From Nitrospirota bacterium (lineage in GTDB: Bacteria > JACPQY01): a stretch of 64,000 bases of DNA. The notes beneath the pieces were generated by a model. It made no database searches. It was given only the letters and a program-made list of their open reading frames with translations, and was not told the DNA's origin. A program made the translations under genes and the position numbers. The DNA lies in assembly GCA_016180645.1 (NCBI GenBank), contig JACPAV010000003.1:1-64000 (forward strand), in the 5' to 3' direction. Positions 38,843-48,077 of the stretch are shown here, in pieces. Each line of letters starts with the position of its first letter. Positions within the stretch are counted from its first letter, which is position 1.

Positions 38843-40080
38843 CCGACCTCCGAACTCGCAAAGAATCGCGCACCCTCACCCTGGACCAGATCCTGTTCTT
38901 GGATGACCAGCCGGCCGTTCTCCACTCGGAGCGGGAACGGAATGGGATTGCAGCCGCCCCGTCGACCGACCGTGGGACCGTAAACGGCCGAACCGCACGC
39001 CAGGCAGATCAGGTACTTTCCATTCTTCACGTACCCCTTGGAGCCGCACATCAGACAGGCATCGTATCCCGCCCGGATTGAACCTGTTTCGTCCTTGAGC
39101 ACGATGAACCGGATGGCCCGCCCATGGGCATCCTCATACACGTAGCGCCTCAACTCTTCCTTTTTGAGCGAGTCGACCGCAATCATGATCTCCCCTCCGT
39201 CGGCCTTCACCTCGGTGGCATGCGTCAGGCGTGGAGGAACGCCCGCGTAGGATTCATAGTAGAAGGTCACCGCCGCCATAAGGCCGATCGCCAGGATCGC
39301 CGCGCGACCGAAGTGCCACTCCTGCCTCGCCTCCCAAAGCGCCTTGCGCCTGAGCGCCGGGTTCACCGCAGCACTTTCCTCCCGACTCACGCGCTTTCGC
39401 CGGACGTAGGCCGCGGTTGAGAATACGAGCGCGAGCGCCATCTGGGCGGTGCTGAAAGCGTCAATGTGGTTCACCAGGTAGACAAGCGTTCCGAAGAGTT
39501 TCTCGGGCACGGTCGCCCACCCGTGGAGAACCATGGAGTAGTATCCCCAGGTGAAATGTTCCGCGGCCAGGGTCGCCGCGCTCAGTCCGGCCACAAGACC
39601 GCCCGGCGATCCACGGACGCGTGGAGCGACCTTGGACACAGCCGCGAAAGCGATGGCACAGAGGAGAACGCCCATGACTCCCCCGGCGGCGAAGAGAAGG
39701 AAATCGGAGTTCAGCACGTTGAGCCGTCCGAGCGACTTCTCGCCCGCGTACGCCCCCAACGCCGCCGCTCTCTGTGAAACGAGCAGAACGCCGCCGATCC
39801 GAAGGCCCCATCGAGACCACGATCCCTTTCCGGCCACGAACACCAGAAGCAGGAGGAACCCCGCGCCGATCATGAGGATCCCTTCGACGACGGTCCGCAC
39901 ATCGAAGAAGGCGTAGAGGAAGACCAGCGCTCCGCCCAGGATCAACCCTGCCGCCCAAAATCGAGAATCGAACGGGACCGCGCCTTCTCCGTGCCTGGCT
40001 CGGAGGCGATCCCTCAACAGCGCCAATACGAAGAGCGCCGGAAAGAGATACCGTACGGCGTGGCTCAGGGGTTCGGCCAT
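38839..40080 (-). CDS. DUF2318 Fe-S/Cys-cluster membrane protein (FetA-like)
   Basis: Multiple TMs and C-terminal DACLMC...ICLACG...GGCNPIP. Confidence 0.82.
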   Translation of the reverse strand: MAEPLSHAVRYLFPALFVLALLRDRLRARHGEGAVPFDSRFWAAGLILGGALVFLYAFFDVRTVVEGILMIGAGFLLLLVFVAGKGSWSRWGLRIGGVLLVSQRAAALGAYAGEKSLGRLNVLNSDFLLFAAGGVMGVLLCAIAFAAVSKVAPRVRGSPGGLVAGLSAATLAAEHFTWGYYSMVLHGWATVPEKLFGTLVYLVNHIDAFSTAQMALALVFSTAAYVRRKRVSREESAAVNPALRRKALWEARQEWHFGRAAILAIGLMAAVTFYYESYAGVPPRLTHATEVKADGGEIMIAVDSLKKEELRRYVYEDAHGRAIRFIVLKDETGSIRAGYDACLMCGSKGYVKNGKYLICLACGSAVYGPTVGRRGGCNPIPFPLRVENGRLVIQEQDLVQGEGARFFASSEVG

Positions 40081-40099
40081 TCGATCAACACATTTCCTC

Positions 40100-41398
40100 T
40101 CAGATATCCAACTGGAGTCTCAGCCCGAAGATGTAGAAATCGTCCGCCGCCTTGTCGCCGCCCGGATCGCGCACGTACTGGACATCGGGGCTGAGGTTCA
40201 ACCCGCCCACAGCCTGAATCTTGTACGTGTAGTACGCCTCCGCGTACATCTCCCCCCCTTTGGGATTTCCTTCATCGAGTTCGGGCGCCGCGTCACTGTA
40301 ATCGCCGCTGGTGTGCGCGTAACCCGCGGCCAGTCCCAGGAGATCGCCGCCACGATTCCAGGCGTTCCCCACGAGCCGGCCGCCCACGGTGACGACCTGA
40401 TCGGACCGGCCAACCCTCGGATCCTGGCGGCCATAACGAAGGAACAAAGCCAATCCGCTCATGACCTGCTGATCGAGGCTTGTCCCGAAGCCCCAGTTCG
40501 ACCGGCCCGTCCGTGCAACGTCTGCAAAATCCTGGTGATCCGTTTGGTTGGTCCAAACATAAAAGCGGTAGTTGCCCTTCAGGCCGTAGTAGGAACGGCT
40601 GACATCCAACTCGCCGATCAGGAAGGGGTGGTCGAAGGGCCGGGCGAAATCGCCGTCGCCCTCGAAGACACCCACCTGCCCCTCCACGCTCAGAGCCTTG
40701 TTGAAAATGGACGTGAATCGATAGGCAAACCGGGTGCCGAGTCCGTATCCGTTGTCATCGCCGCCCCAGTCGATGGACAAGTTGTTCACGAACAGGTCCG
40801 CTAGAAAGCTGTGGGTCTCGTCGCCCGCCACGGCGTTCTGGTCGAAAAACCCCGCAGGATCGATTTTTCCCACGGCGAACGACACCCGCTTGTCCCGGAA
40901 AGAAGGATAGGGAAGCTCCGCGCCAAACCAGGCCTCGGCCAGCTTAAAGCTGTCCTCGTTCACCTCCAGATCTGCATTGGGCCCCGAGAACGTGGGGGGC
41001 AGATGGGGGGCAATCCCATCTCCCTGCCCCGCAAGCAGCCGAGTGAGTCCCAACCCATAGGTCCCAAGCGGAAACAAAATGGACAAATCGCCCGATAGAC
41101 TGGTCTCGGCCGTGTCGCCACCCGACGGACTGTTCTCGTCGTTGTTCAACGTCGCATGGTTGACCATCGTCAAACCGGCCCCAAGCTCCAATCCGCTTAG
41201 CGATTCGAGGACGGACGTCCCCGTCTTCTGCCGATAGCCGAGCCGTTCAACCTCGTCCTCGAGGACAACGATTCGTTCGTCCACTTCCCGTTCGCGCTCG
41301 GTTTTCTGACCCGAAGTTTCCGCCTCCGAGCGAACGACTGAAAGGGCGAGAAAGATCAAGCCCGACAACACCGCCGACCAGAGCTTCAAGGTCGTCAT
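40100..41398 (-). CDS. OprB-like outer-membrane porin
   Basis: Signal peptide, short coiled coil, GKIDP..FFDQN, EAYYTY, SPDVQYV.DPGG, C-terminal GLRLQLDI. Start ATG 41398 with AAGGAG RBS. Confidence 0.8.
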   Translation of the reverse strand: MTTLKLWSAVLSGLIFLALSVVRSEAETSGQKTEREREVDERIVVLEDEVERLGYRQKTGTSVLESLSGLELGAGLTMVNHATLNNDENSPSGGDTAETSLSGDLSILFPLGTYGLGLTRLLAGQGDGIAPHLPPTFSGPNADLEVNEDSFKLAEAWFGAELPYPSFRDKRVSFAVGKIDPAGFFDQNAVAGDETHSFLADLFVNNLSIDWGGDDNGYGLGTRFAYRFTSIFNKALSVEGQVGVFEGDGDFARPFDHPFLIGELDVSRSYYGLKGNYRFYVWTNQTDHQDFADVARTGRSNWGFGTSLDQQVMSGLALFLRYGRQDPRVGRSDQVVTVGGRLVGNAWNRGGDLLGLAAGYAHTSGDYSDAAPELDEGNPKGGEMYAEAYYTYKIQAVGGLNLSPDVQYVRDPGGDKAADDFYIFGLRLQLDI

Positions 41399-41435
41399 GG
41401 TTTGCTCCTTTCCGATGCGGAATTTCCGATCCGCA

Positions 41436-41978
41436 TCAATATCCCTTCCCTTTGCCGAGCCCGAGGTACTTGAAGGTCCACTCCACTTTGAATGATGGAA
41501 ACCACGGCCGGACTCCGGTCGCCTTGTCCGTGTGTCGCCCGAACCCATTTTTCGAAGGGTTCTCGATCGTGTACTCCACTTTGTAGTTGCCGATTCCGGG
41601 CATGAGAACGTTGTCGCCGTAGTGCGGACCATCGGCGGCCACCATGGGCATCATCATGCCTTCCACCTTCTGGCCGTTGTCGAGATTCGTCAGCTTGTAG
41701 CTCACCGCAAGGTAGGGGACCCATTCTCCCTCTCCGAATCCGTTCGGGTTCTGGTCGGTTGCGTGTATGTCGGCTTCAATATGGATGTCCGCCTTCTCCT
41801 CTTTTTCGGCCGACATGGGCGGGTCCATTTTGATGGGCTGGAGATAAACCGCGGCCACCTCCATCCCGTATCGGACCTGGGGAAGGCCGATGGGGTATTC
41901 CGTAAACGCCAGACTCAACTGAACGGCCGCTGCCAGAACGGCGACCGACGAAATTCCGATTCCGATGATTCTTTTCAT
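41436..41978 (-). CDS. fetP: Periplasmic Cu/Fe-binding protein, p19/Tp34/FetP family
   Basis: EYPIG, AVYLQP, HIEADIH, MMPMVAADGPHYG, GRHTDK. Confidence 0.9.
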   Translation of the reverse strand: MKRIIGIGISSVAVLAAAVQLSLAFTEYPIGLPQVRYGMEVAAVYLQPIKMDPPMSAEKEEKADIHIEADIHATDQNPNGFGEGEWVPYLAVSYKLTNLDNGQKVEGMMMPMVAADGPHYGDNVLMPGIGNYKVEYTIENPSKNGFGRHTDKATGVRPWFPSFKVEWTFKYLGLGKGKGY

Positions 41979-43276
41979 GATTTCTCCTTTCCAACCTGTT
42001 GAGTGTTCGATTGAACGATTGCGCCGACGGCCGGGGAAGACCTCCTACGCCGTGCCATGAACGTGAAAACAACCAGGAGGAGCGCCCCGACGAAAAGGCC
42101 CTGCGCCACGATCCCCTCGAGTGTGGGGTAAATCCCCGCCCACTCGATGTGCGGGATGAAGCCGACGGCTGTTTCGCCAAGGAGGTTTCCCTCCTGAAGT
42201 TCGCGGATTCCCTTTCCTGCGAAAACAAACGCGAGGTAGTAGAGAAAAAGACTTGTCACCGCGAAAAACGGACGGAGCGGGAATCGATTCATGGCGCCAC
42301 GAAAGACGACAAAGACGAGGACCAGCGCGAGGCAACCGGCCGCGAATCCGCCCCAGAGCGGGCCGGCGGAGATTCCTTCCCCGGCGGCCAAGGCATGATA
42401 GAAGAGGACGGTCTCCGCCCCCTCCCGGTAGACCGCCAGGAAAGCCACGGCGCTCAGAGCGACCGTGCTTCCCCCGGTGACGGCCTCTCCCGCCTTCCTT
42501 TGTACGTATTCCTGCCATTTTCTCCCTGCCGTCTTGCTGATCAACCAATAGCTCACATAGAAAAGGACGAGCGAGGCGAGGAGCAGCGTCAGGCCCTCGA
42601 GCACCTCTTGGCTCGCCGGTGAAACGTCCATGACCTTCTTGAAGAGGTAGGCGGTCAGAACGCTTGCCGCCAGGGCGAGGCCCGACGCCGCGTAGAGGAT
42701 CCGGATCTCCCTCATCCTCCCCATACGGGCGAGGTAGGCGATCAATGCGCCGATGACCAGAATCGCCTCGATGCCCTCCCGGAAGATGATCAGGAAGGAC
42801 TGGAGGAAGGCCCCTTGGTTCGAGGAGTGCGACCCTCCTCCGCTCCCGCCGGCACCCGATTCATCGGCCGACGGATCGCCGAAGGCCTGCCCGGCGTCGT
42901 ATCCGCTCAGACTCCGAACCGCGTCCGTCAGGTCCATGCGAAGTTGTTCCGCCTTCGCTTCGATTTCGCCGACGGGCGCCTTGGCATCCACGAGCAGGCG
43001 GAGATCGCGGAACTTCCTCTCCAACTTGTAGTTGCGATTGGCGGAGATGAACTGCCGAACGGCGATTTCAAGACCGCTCGCTTCGTAGGCGACGAAATAG
43101 GCATCGGAGAAGTGCTTGTCCGCCTGTGCGGCGTCGCCGGTTCGGTAGGCCCCGATCCCCGCGGCGAGGTACCGTTCGACCTCCTGCCGGCCCTTCTCCC
43201 AGGAGGTCTCCCCCCACGCCGCGGAGTGGACCAGCAGCAGAAGCCCCGCGGCCGGGGCCGTCAGCCACCGCCTCAT
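41975..43276 (-). CDS. fetM: FTR1-family iron permease with N-terminal periplasmic domain (FetM-like)
   Basis: Two RExxE motifs (REGIE, REGAE); adjacent to the p19 gene. Start ATG 43276 inferred. Confidence 0.85.
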   Translation of the reverse strand: MRRWLTAPAAGLLLLVHSAAWGETSWEKGRQEVERYLAAGIGAYRTGDAAQADKHFSDAYFVAYEASGLEIAVRQFISANRNYKLERKFRDLRLLVDAKAPVGEIEAKAEQLRMDLTDAVRSLSGYDAGQAFGDPSADESGAGGSGGGSHSSNQGAFLQSFLIIFREGIEAILVIGALIAYLARMGRMREIRILYAASGLALAASVLTAYLFKKVMDVSPASQEVLEGLTLLLASLVLFYVSYWLISKTAGRKWQEYVQRKAGEAVTGGSTVALSAVAFLAVYREGAETVLFYHALAAGEGISAGPLWGGFAAGCLALVLVFVVFRGAMNRFPLRPFFAVTSLFLYYLAFVFAGKGIRELQEGNLLGETAVGFIPHIEWAGIYPTLEGIVAQGLFVGALLLVVFTFMARRRRSSPAVGAIVQSNTQQVGKEKS

Positions 43277-43346
43277 CGCGCTCGCTCGGACCACCCTTCC
43301 GATCTTATTGGTAACGATAGTCAAATCCATCGAAATACATCGCACA

Positions 43347-43361
43347 TGATATTCATTCTCA
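43347..43361. promoter_or_regulatory. Fur box upstream of the fet module
   Basis: Minus strand TGAGAAT-G-AATATCA, 2 mismatches to the 7-1-7 consensus TGATAAT-N-ATTATCA. A weaker copy lies at 43309-43323. Confidence 0.7.
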
Positions 43362-43382
43362 CTTTGGAAACACTGACGGAGA

Positions 43383-43556
43383 TCAGGTTTCTTGGAAAGA
43401 TTCCAGACGGGCCGGCGAACGGATGAGAACTGCTCCCCGACCGTCCCGACCGCCGGCTACGACTTCTCGCGACACATCCTCCAGCGTGCGGGCGCCCTCC
43501 CGGCACGTCCGCTCCAAATCACGCTCCCGGACTCCCGCGCACAGACACACAATCAC
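43383..43556 (-). pseudogene. Bfd-like (2Fe-2S) ferredoxin lacking the second Cys pair; possibly degenerate
   Basis: MIVCLCAGVRERDL...GARTLEDV; the expected CGxC is replaced by RDGRG. GTG start overlaps the TBDR stop. Confidence 0.55.
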
Positions 43557-45829
43557 CGATGCCCTCCCCCACCCCATCGATACCTCAGCCCGCTGAGAAC
43601 CTGGAGCGGCGGACCCGGGCGCGCGCCGAACGGCCGGCGCGAGAGCATGTACTCCTCATTGAGAAGATTCTGCGCCGTGAGGTAGATCTGCGCCCGCTCC
43701 GTCACCTCGTAGCCCACCGAACCGTCGATCACCACGTGGCCCTCGACGCGTTCGTTCGGCGGGATCGGCCCCTGCCCGGCGACGTCCCTCATGTCCCCCG
43801 CGTAGGAAAGGGACAGGTCGACCGACCACGCCCGGCGCGAGGCTCCGGCCATCAGCGTGGCCTGGTGGTTGGGCACGTACGGAAGCTCATCCCCCGGCTC
43901 CACATCGCCAAACTGGGGATTCTCCGACGTGAAGCGGGTGCGGAAATCGGATTGCGTGTAAGTATAGGCAACATCGCCATGGAGGCGCACGCCGCCGGGC
44001 GCCTGGATCGAATGCTTCAGCGCGGCCTCAAGCCCATAAACGAATACCGCGCCGGCGTTGAACTGGCGATTCAGCAGTTCCTCGGGGCAGCCGCTGGAAA
44101 GGGTGCATTCCCCGGTCAGGTTCGAGTAGTCGTTGAAGAACCCGATGACCCCGGCTTCCCCCTCCCGCCATTCGAGTCGAGTCCCGCCCTCGTAGTTGGT
44201 GCTCCGCTCGGGTCTCACCTCCGCGGGCTGTCCCGGCGAAACGGGACTGAACCCCTCGTGAACCCCGGCCAGAGCGACGAGCCACGGGAGAATCTTGGCC
44301 TGCGCACCCATTCCGGGCAGCCACACGGCTCCGGAGCCGACCATGCGGTTTCCGCTCAGCCGATCTTCGAACTCCGTTCCGATCCGCTCCGTTCGCACGC
44401 CCGGTACAAGCAGCAACGGGCCCATTTCGATTTGATCGGAAAGATGGATCGCCCAAGCCCGGGCCGAACCCAGACTGTTTGCCGTCGTCGACGACTCGCC
44501 TCCATCCGGAACGAGCGTGGCGCCGGTCATGAGGTAGCCGTCTTCCGTGTGATTTCTCCGAATACGATCCGTGTGGAACCGAATGCCCGGCTCGATGGAT
44601 TGACGGACCGGTCCCCAAGTCGGGCGCCAGTGCCCCACGAGAGCAACCCCTTCCGAAACGAATTTCCTGTCGTTGGTTCCCACCAGGAGGGTCTGGTCCT
44701 CGCCCGCCGAGTCTTCATCCCCTTTCAGGACGGCCGCGTAGACCGCCGGCTGGCCCTCCTCCGAATTCTCCAGCAGATCCTTGAGATCGCCCCCCCCCCG
44801 AAATCGATTCAGCTTCCGCCAGGCACGCGAGAAGTCGTGCCGGTACAGGGCGGCCTGAAGGTCAAGCGATTCCGCCCACGCCACCCGGTAGTCGAAACGG
44901 GCGGAGGTTCGGGTAAGATCCATCCGGTCGCGCCGGCTGGCGGCATACCGCCTGTAGGGACTCCGATCAAAGTCCTGATCCGTCAACCCGAGATAGGTCT
45001 CGTTCGAGATTTCATCGGCGTATCCCAACCGCAGACCGACTTGGTGTTGAAGAGTGCCGGCCGGATCGGTCCGGACCTCGACCTTCCCCACGAATTCGTT
45101 TTTCTCGAAGCCGGTGTTCCCCCCCCCGTCCAATTCCTTGAAACCGGCCGTTTGGAGCCGGACACCCTCCAGGAGCGCGCCCCACCGCGGGCCGCCCGAT
45201 CCCCAGTATCCGTGAAGCTTGCCGAATCGGTCCGTGCCCAGTCCGAGATCCACGAATCCCTTGCTCTCGCGGGGGATGGGCCGGCTCCGCAGATTCAGCG
45301 CGCCGCCGATCGTGTTGGGTCCGTATCGGATCGAGGCGGGCCCCTTCAGGACTTCCACGCCGGTCATCCGGGCCATGAGGGGGAAGTAATAGGCGGCGGG
45401 CGCGGAATACGGAGCGGGGGCAAACAATACGCCGTCCTCCATCAGCGTCACCTTCGAGCTGCGCTCTGAGCTCGCGCCGCGGAAACCGATGTTGGGTCGA
45501 AGTCCGTAGCCCTCCTCCCCTCGCACGTACACGCCGGGAACCTGCTGGAGGACGCGATGAACGTCCGCGTAATCGAACCGCTTGAGGTCGGTCTCGTCCA
45601 GCACATGAACGGAACCCGGAATGCGGGGACGGCTCTCTTCAACCACCACTTCGAGGGACGGGCCTGCGGCCGATTTCTCCTCACGCGTCGGCCACTCGAC
45701 CTCATGACGCGTCCGTTCCCCCTCGCCGGCCCAGGCCGGGGTGAGGCCACTCAACATCGCCCCAATCCAACCGGAGAAGAGTCGTTGCCTCGCTCCCCGT
45801 GACATGTGGGGGATCCAACCGACGCTCAC
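43553..45829 (-). CDS. TonB-dependent receptor (FecA-like iron uptake)
   Basis: Plug motifs PGVYVRGEEGYGLRPNIGFRG and VEVLKGPASIRYGP; beta-barrel ending NLLNEEY...GLRYRW. Confidence 0.92.
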   Translation of the reverse strand: MSVGWIPHMSRGARQRLFSGWIGAMLSGLTPAWAGEGERTRHEVEWPTREEKSAAGPSLEVVVEESRPRIPGSVHVLDETDLKRFDYADVHRVLQQVPGVYVRGEEGYGLRPNIGFRGASSERSSKVTLMEDGVLFAPAPYSAPAAYYFPLMARMTGVEVLKGPASIRYGPNTIGGALNLRSRPIPRESKGFVDLGLGTDRFGKLHGYWGSGGPRWGALLEGVRLQTAGFKELDGGGNTGFEKNEFVGKVEVRTDPAGTLQHQVGLRLGYADEISNETYLGLTDQDFDRSPYRRYAASRRDRMDLTRTSARFDYRVAWAESLDLQAALYRHDFSRAWRKLNRFRGGGDLKDLLENSEEGQPAVYAAVLKGDEDSAGEDQTLLVGTNDRKFVSEGVALVGHWRPTWGPVRQSIEPGIRFHTDRIRRNHTEDGYLMTGATLVPDGGESSTTANSLGSARAWAIHLSDQIEMGPLLLVPGVRTERIGTEFEDRLSGNRMVGSGAVWLPGMGAQAKILPWLVALAGVHEGFSPVSPGQPAEVRPERSTNYEGGTRLEWREGEAGVIGFFNDYSNLTGECTLSSGCPEELLNRQFNAGAVFVYGLEAALKHSIQAPGGVRLHGDVAYTYTQSDFRTRFTSENPQFGDVEPGDELPYVPNHQATLMAGASRRAWSVDLSLSYAGDMRDVAGQGPIPPNERVEGHVVIDGSVGYEVTERAQIYLTAQNLLNEEYMLSRRPFGARPGPPLQVLSGLRYRWGGGGHR

Positions 45830-46833
45830 ACCCGTGCGGACCGGCCTCTCGGCAAGACCCGCCTGACTGCCGCCGCCATCGGGTCCAGAAGGGCCGACGT
45901 CAAATCATCGATCCGGTGGTTCAGGACAGGACCGTCCAACCCGAAGCGCGCGGGTCTCCCCTCCCGCGCCAATCGAAGCGATCCCCCCAGCGCGTCCCAA
46001 AGGGCCAGCCATGAGCCGTAGTTCGCCGTGAACTCCTTCGCCGCGGTGCCGTGGTGAATCTGATGCTGGGCGGGACTGATGAGGATCCGCTCCAACGCTC
46101 CGCCGTAGGAAAGCCAGACATGGGAGTGCCGGAGATTTCCCCCGAGGCAATTGAGCACAAACCCAATCGCATTGATTCCAAGAACCTGGGCCTGCACCGC
46201 CTTGTCCCGGAAGGCATAAAAGAAGATCCCCGCGACGAGGCCGGTGACGAGCCAGCCGCGGACGGCAAACAGCGCGCTTTCCACCGGATGGCTGCGGTAC
46301 AGCGTGACGGGCGTCATCACCTCCGCCGAGTGGTGCACCTTGTGAAACTCCCAGAGGAAGGGGACCTCGTGGGCGAGCCGATGAAGCAGGTAGTGGCTGA
46401 GATCCCAGGCCAGGAAGAGGGTGACGGTGTAGAGTCCCGTGACCTGCCCCGCCGTCAAGGCCGTGGCGCCGGCCGCGCCGAATCCGCGATCCAACGCTCG
46501 GACCACGACACCGGCCAGGCCGAAGGCGGAGAGCGCCCACGGCGCCGCCCAGATCGCTCGAAGGAGAGCCTTGGCGAACACGAACTTGTAATCCAACCGC
46601 GCCGACCGGTGGGACCAAATCTTCCATGAGAAAAAGAGGCGGCCGGCGCCGTCGGGATCCGATGAACCCACCCCCCATGACGCCGCGGCTTGAACGCCGA
46701 GCGCCACGAATGCGCTTCCCGCAAGATACACCCAGAAAAGCCGCTCTGAAGGGTCGATGAAGAAAGAAAACGGCTCCAGGAGCGGTGCGAGATACCGCGC
46801 GCTCCAACCCAGGTCGACCGGCAATCGTTCCAT
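45826..46833 (-). CDS. Sterol desaturase / fatty acid hydroxylase superfamily membrane protein
   Basis: His boxes HRLAH, HKVHH, LRHSH, HQIHH. Confidence 0.9.
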   Translation of the reverse strand: MERLPVDLGWSARYLAPLLEPFSFFIDPSERLFWVYLAGSAFVALGVQAAASWGVGSSDPDGAGRLFFSWKIWSHRSARLDYKFVFAKALLRAIWAAPWALSAFGLAGVVVRALDRGFGAAGATALTAGQVTGLYTVTLFLAWDLSHYLLHRLAHEVPFLWEFHKVHHSAEVMTPVTLYRSHPVESALFAVRGWLVTGLVAGIFFYAFRDKAVQAQVLGINAIGFVLNCLGGNLRHSHVWLSYGGALERILISPAQHQIHHGTAAKEFTANYGSWLALWDALGGSLRLAREGRPARFGLDGPVLNHRIDDLTSALLDPMAAAVRRVLPRGRSARV

Positions 46834-48077
46834 CAGTCCGAGTCCCCCGAACCCTCTTTCGGAAGCGACAACTGGAGGGCCGTGGCGAAATCTCCTTTGA
46901 GCGCGTCGGTCATCGCCTTCACGGCCGCATGCGCCGCGCGCACGGAATCGGGATTCGCCGTCAGGGCCTCCCTAAGCGATCCGGGGATCGAATCGACGGC
47001 CCGCAGCGCCTTGGTCGTGTCCGCGTCGATCTCCGTCGCGAGGTCCGCCCTGCCGACCGCCGCCAGGGCGTGGTCGAATCCCAACGCGGCATTTGAGGAA
47101 CCGCCTCGAAACACCCTCTGGAACCCCTCGAGATTGGCCGCGATGTTCTCCTTCGAATGATCGGCCCACGGGGATTCCAACGCATCCGGGCAGACGGCCT
47201 GTGAGCAGTCCTTCAGCCCCGCCGGCTTCGCCAGTTTGCGGTCCTTCGTGACGAGATCGATGTAGAACAGCGCGCCGAGCAATTCGTCCAGCGCCTTCTG
47301 CGGGGATGAATACACCGACGAGCCGTTCCCGGCATCGGCCCATTGTCCCGCGAAGTCGCCCTGCGCCGGATCCCAGGCCCCGAGCAGGCGATCCGCATCC
47401 TCGGCGATCCGACCGGCCACCGCATGAGCATAGTCGGCACGACGTTTGGCCTTTTCCGAATCCGTCAACGCCCCCCACGCGCCCTGATTGATCGAGACTT
47501 GAGGAGGACACGTGTTCTCAGGCCGGTCGAAGAAGAGCAGATACTCCAACGCGTCCAACCCGAACACATTCGGAAGTTCGGTGTCGAAGAAACCTGGAAC
47601 GGTGTAGGCGCCTTCCACCAACTCCTGGTCCACCCGGCACGAGTTCACGGTCGGCCACGAGTAGATCCGGTCGCGAAGGCCCTGGCCCCCGCCTGTCTTG
47701 GAACTCGGTCCCGCCGGTCCGATCTGAAGGAGCTCGAGCTCCTGCCAGGCGGTCATGGACTTTCGCCACGCCTGGCGCGCGGCGGCGCGATTCTCGCCGA
47801 CATCCACCGCGCCCGCGGCCACCCCTTTCGAGTGCTCTCCCGTCGCGGTCCTCAATTCATCCGACGCGGCCTTGAACTCCCGGAGCAGGGGGAGAACGAC
47901 CTCCGCTCCGACAGTGCTGAGCAGCGCTCGGCGGTCAAAGGGCTCGTTCCCGGCGGACCCCGCAGGCATCCCCCCCCCCGGCTCGGGGTCCCCGCAGAAA
48001 GCGATACGGCCCGCGGCGGCGGCGCAGAGGAGGACGACCAGCCAGGGGAACGCCGCGCGCCTTCCGTCCCGACTCAC
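46833..48077 (-). CDS. Imelysin-family exported protein
   Basis: W..LE...IGP, IYSWP, GLDALEYLLF, KLAKPAG, ESPWA, C-terminal EGSGDSD. Confidence 0.85.
   Translation of the reverse strand: MSRDGRRAAFPWLVVLLCAAAAGRIAFCGDPEPGGGMPAGSAGNEPFDRRALLSTVGAEVVLPLLREFKAASDELRTATGEHSKGVAAGAVDVGENRAAARQAWRKSMTAWQELELLQIGPAGPSSKTGGGQGLRDRIYSWPTVNSCRVDQELVEGAYTVPGFFDTELPNVFGLDALEYLLFFDRPENTCPPQVSINQGAWGALTDSEKAKRRADYAHAVAGRIAEDADRLLGAWDPAQGDFAGQWADAGNGSSVYSSPQKALDELLGALFYIDLVTKDRKLAKPAGLKDCSQAVCPDALESPWADHSKENIAANLEGFQRVFRGGSSNAALGFDHALAAVGRADLATEIDADTTKALRAVDSIPGSLREALTANPDSVRAAHAAVKAMTDALKGDFATALQLSLPKEGSGDSD

Noticed and set aside
35763-43276. Magnetosome island
   Set aside because: Iron uptake genes are abundant but no mam/mms-like genes are recognisable.
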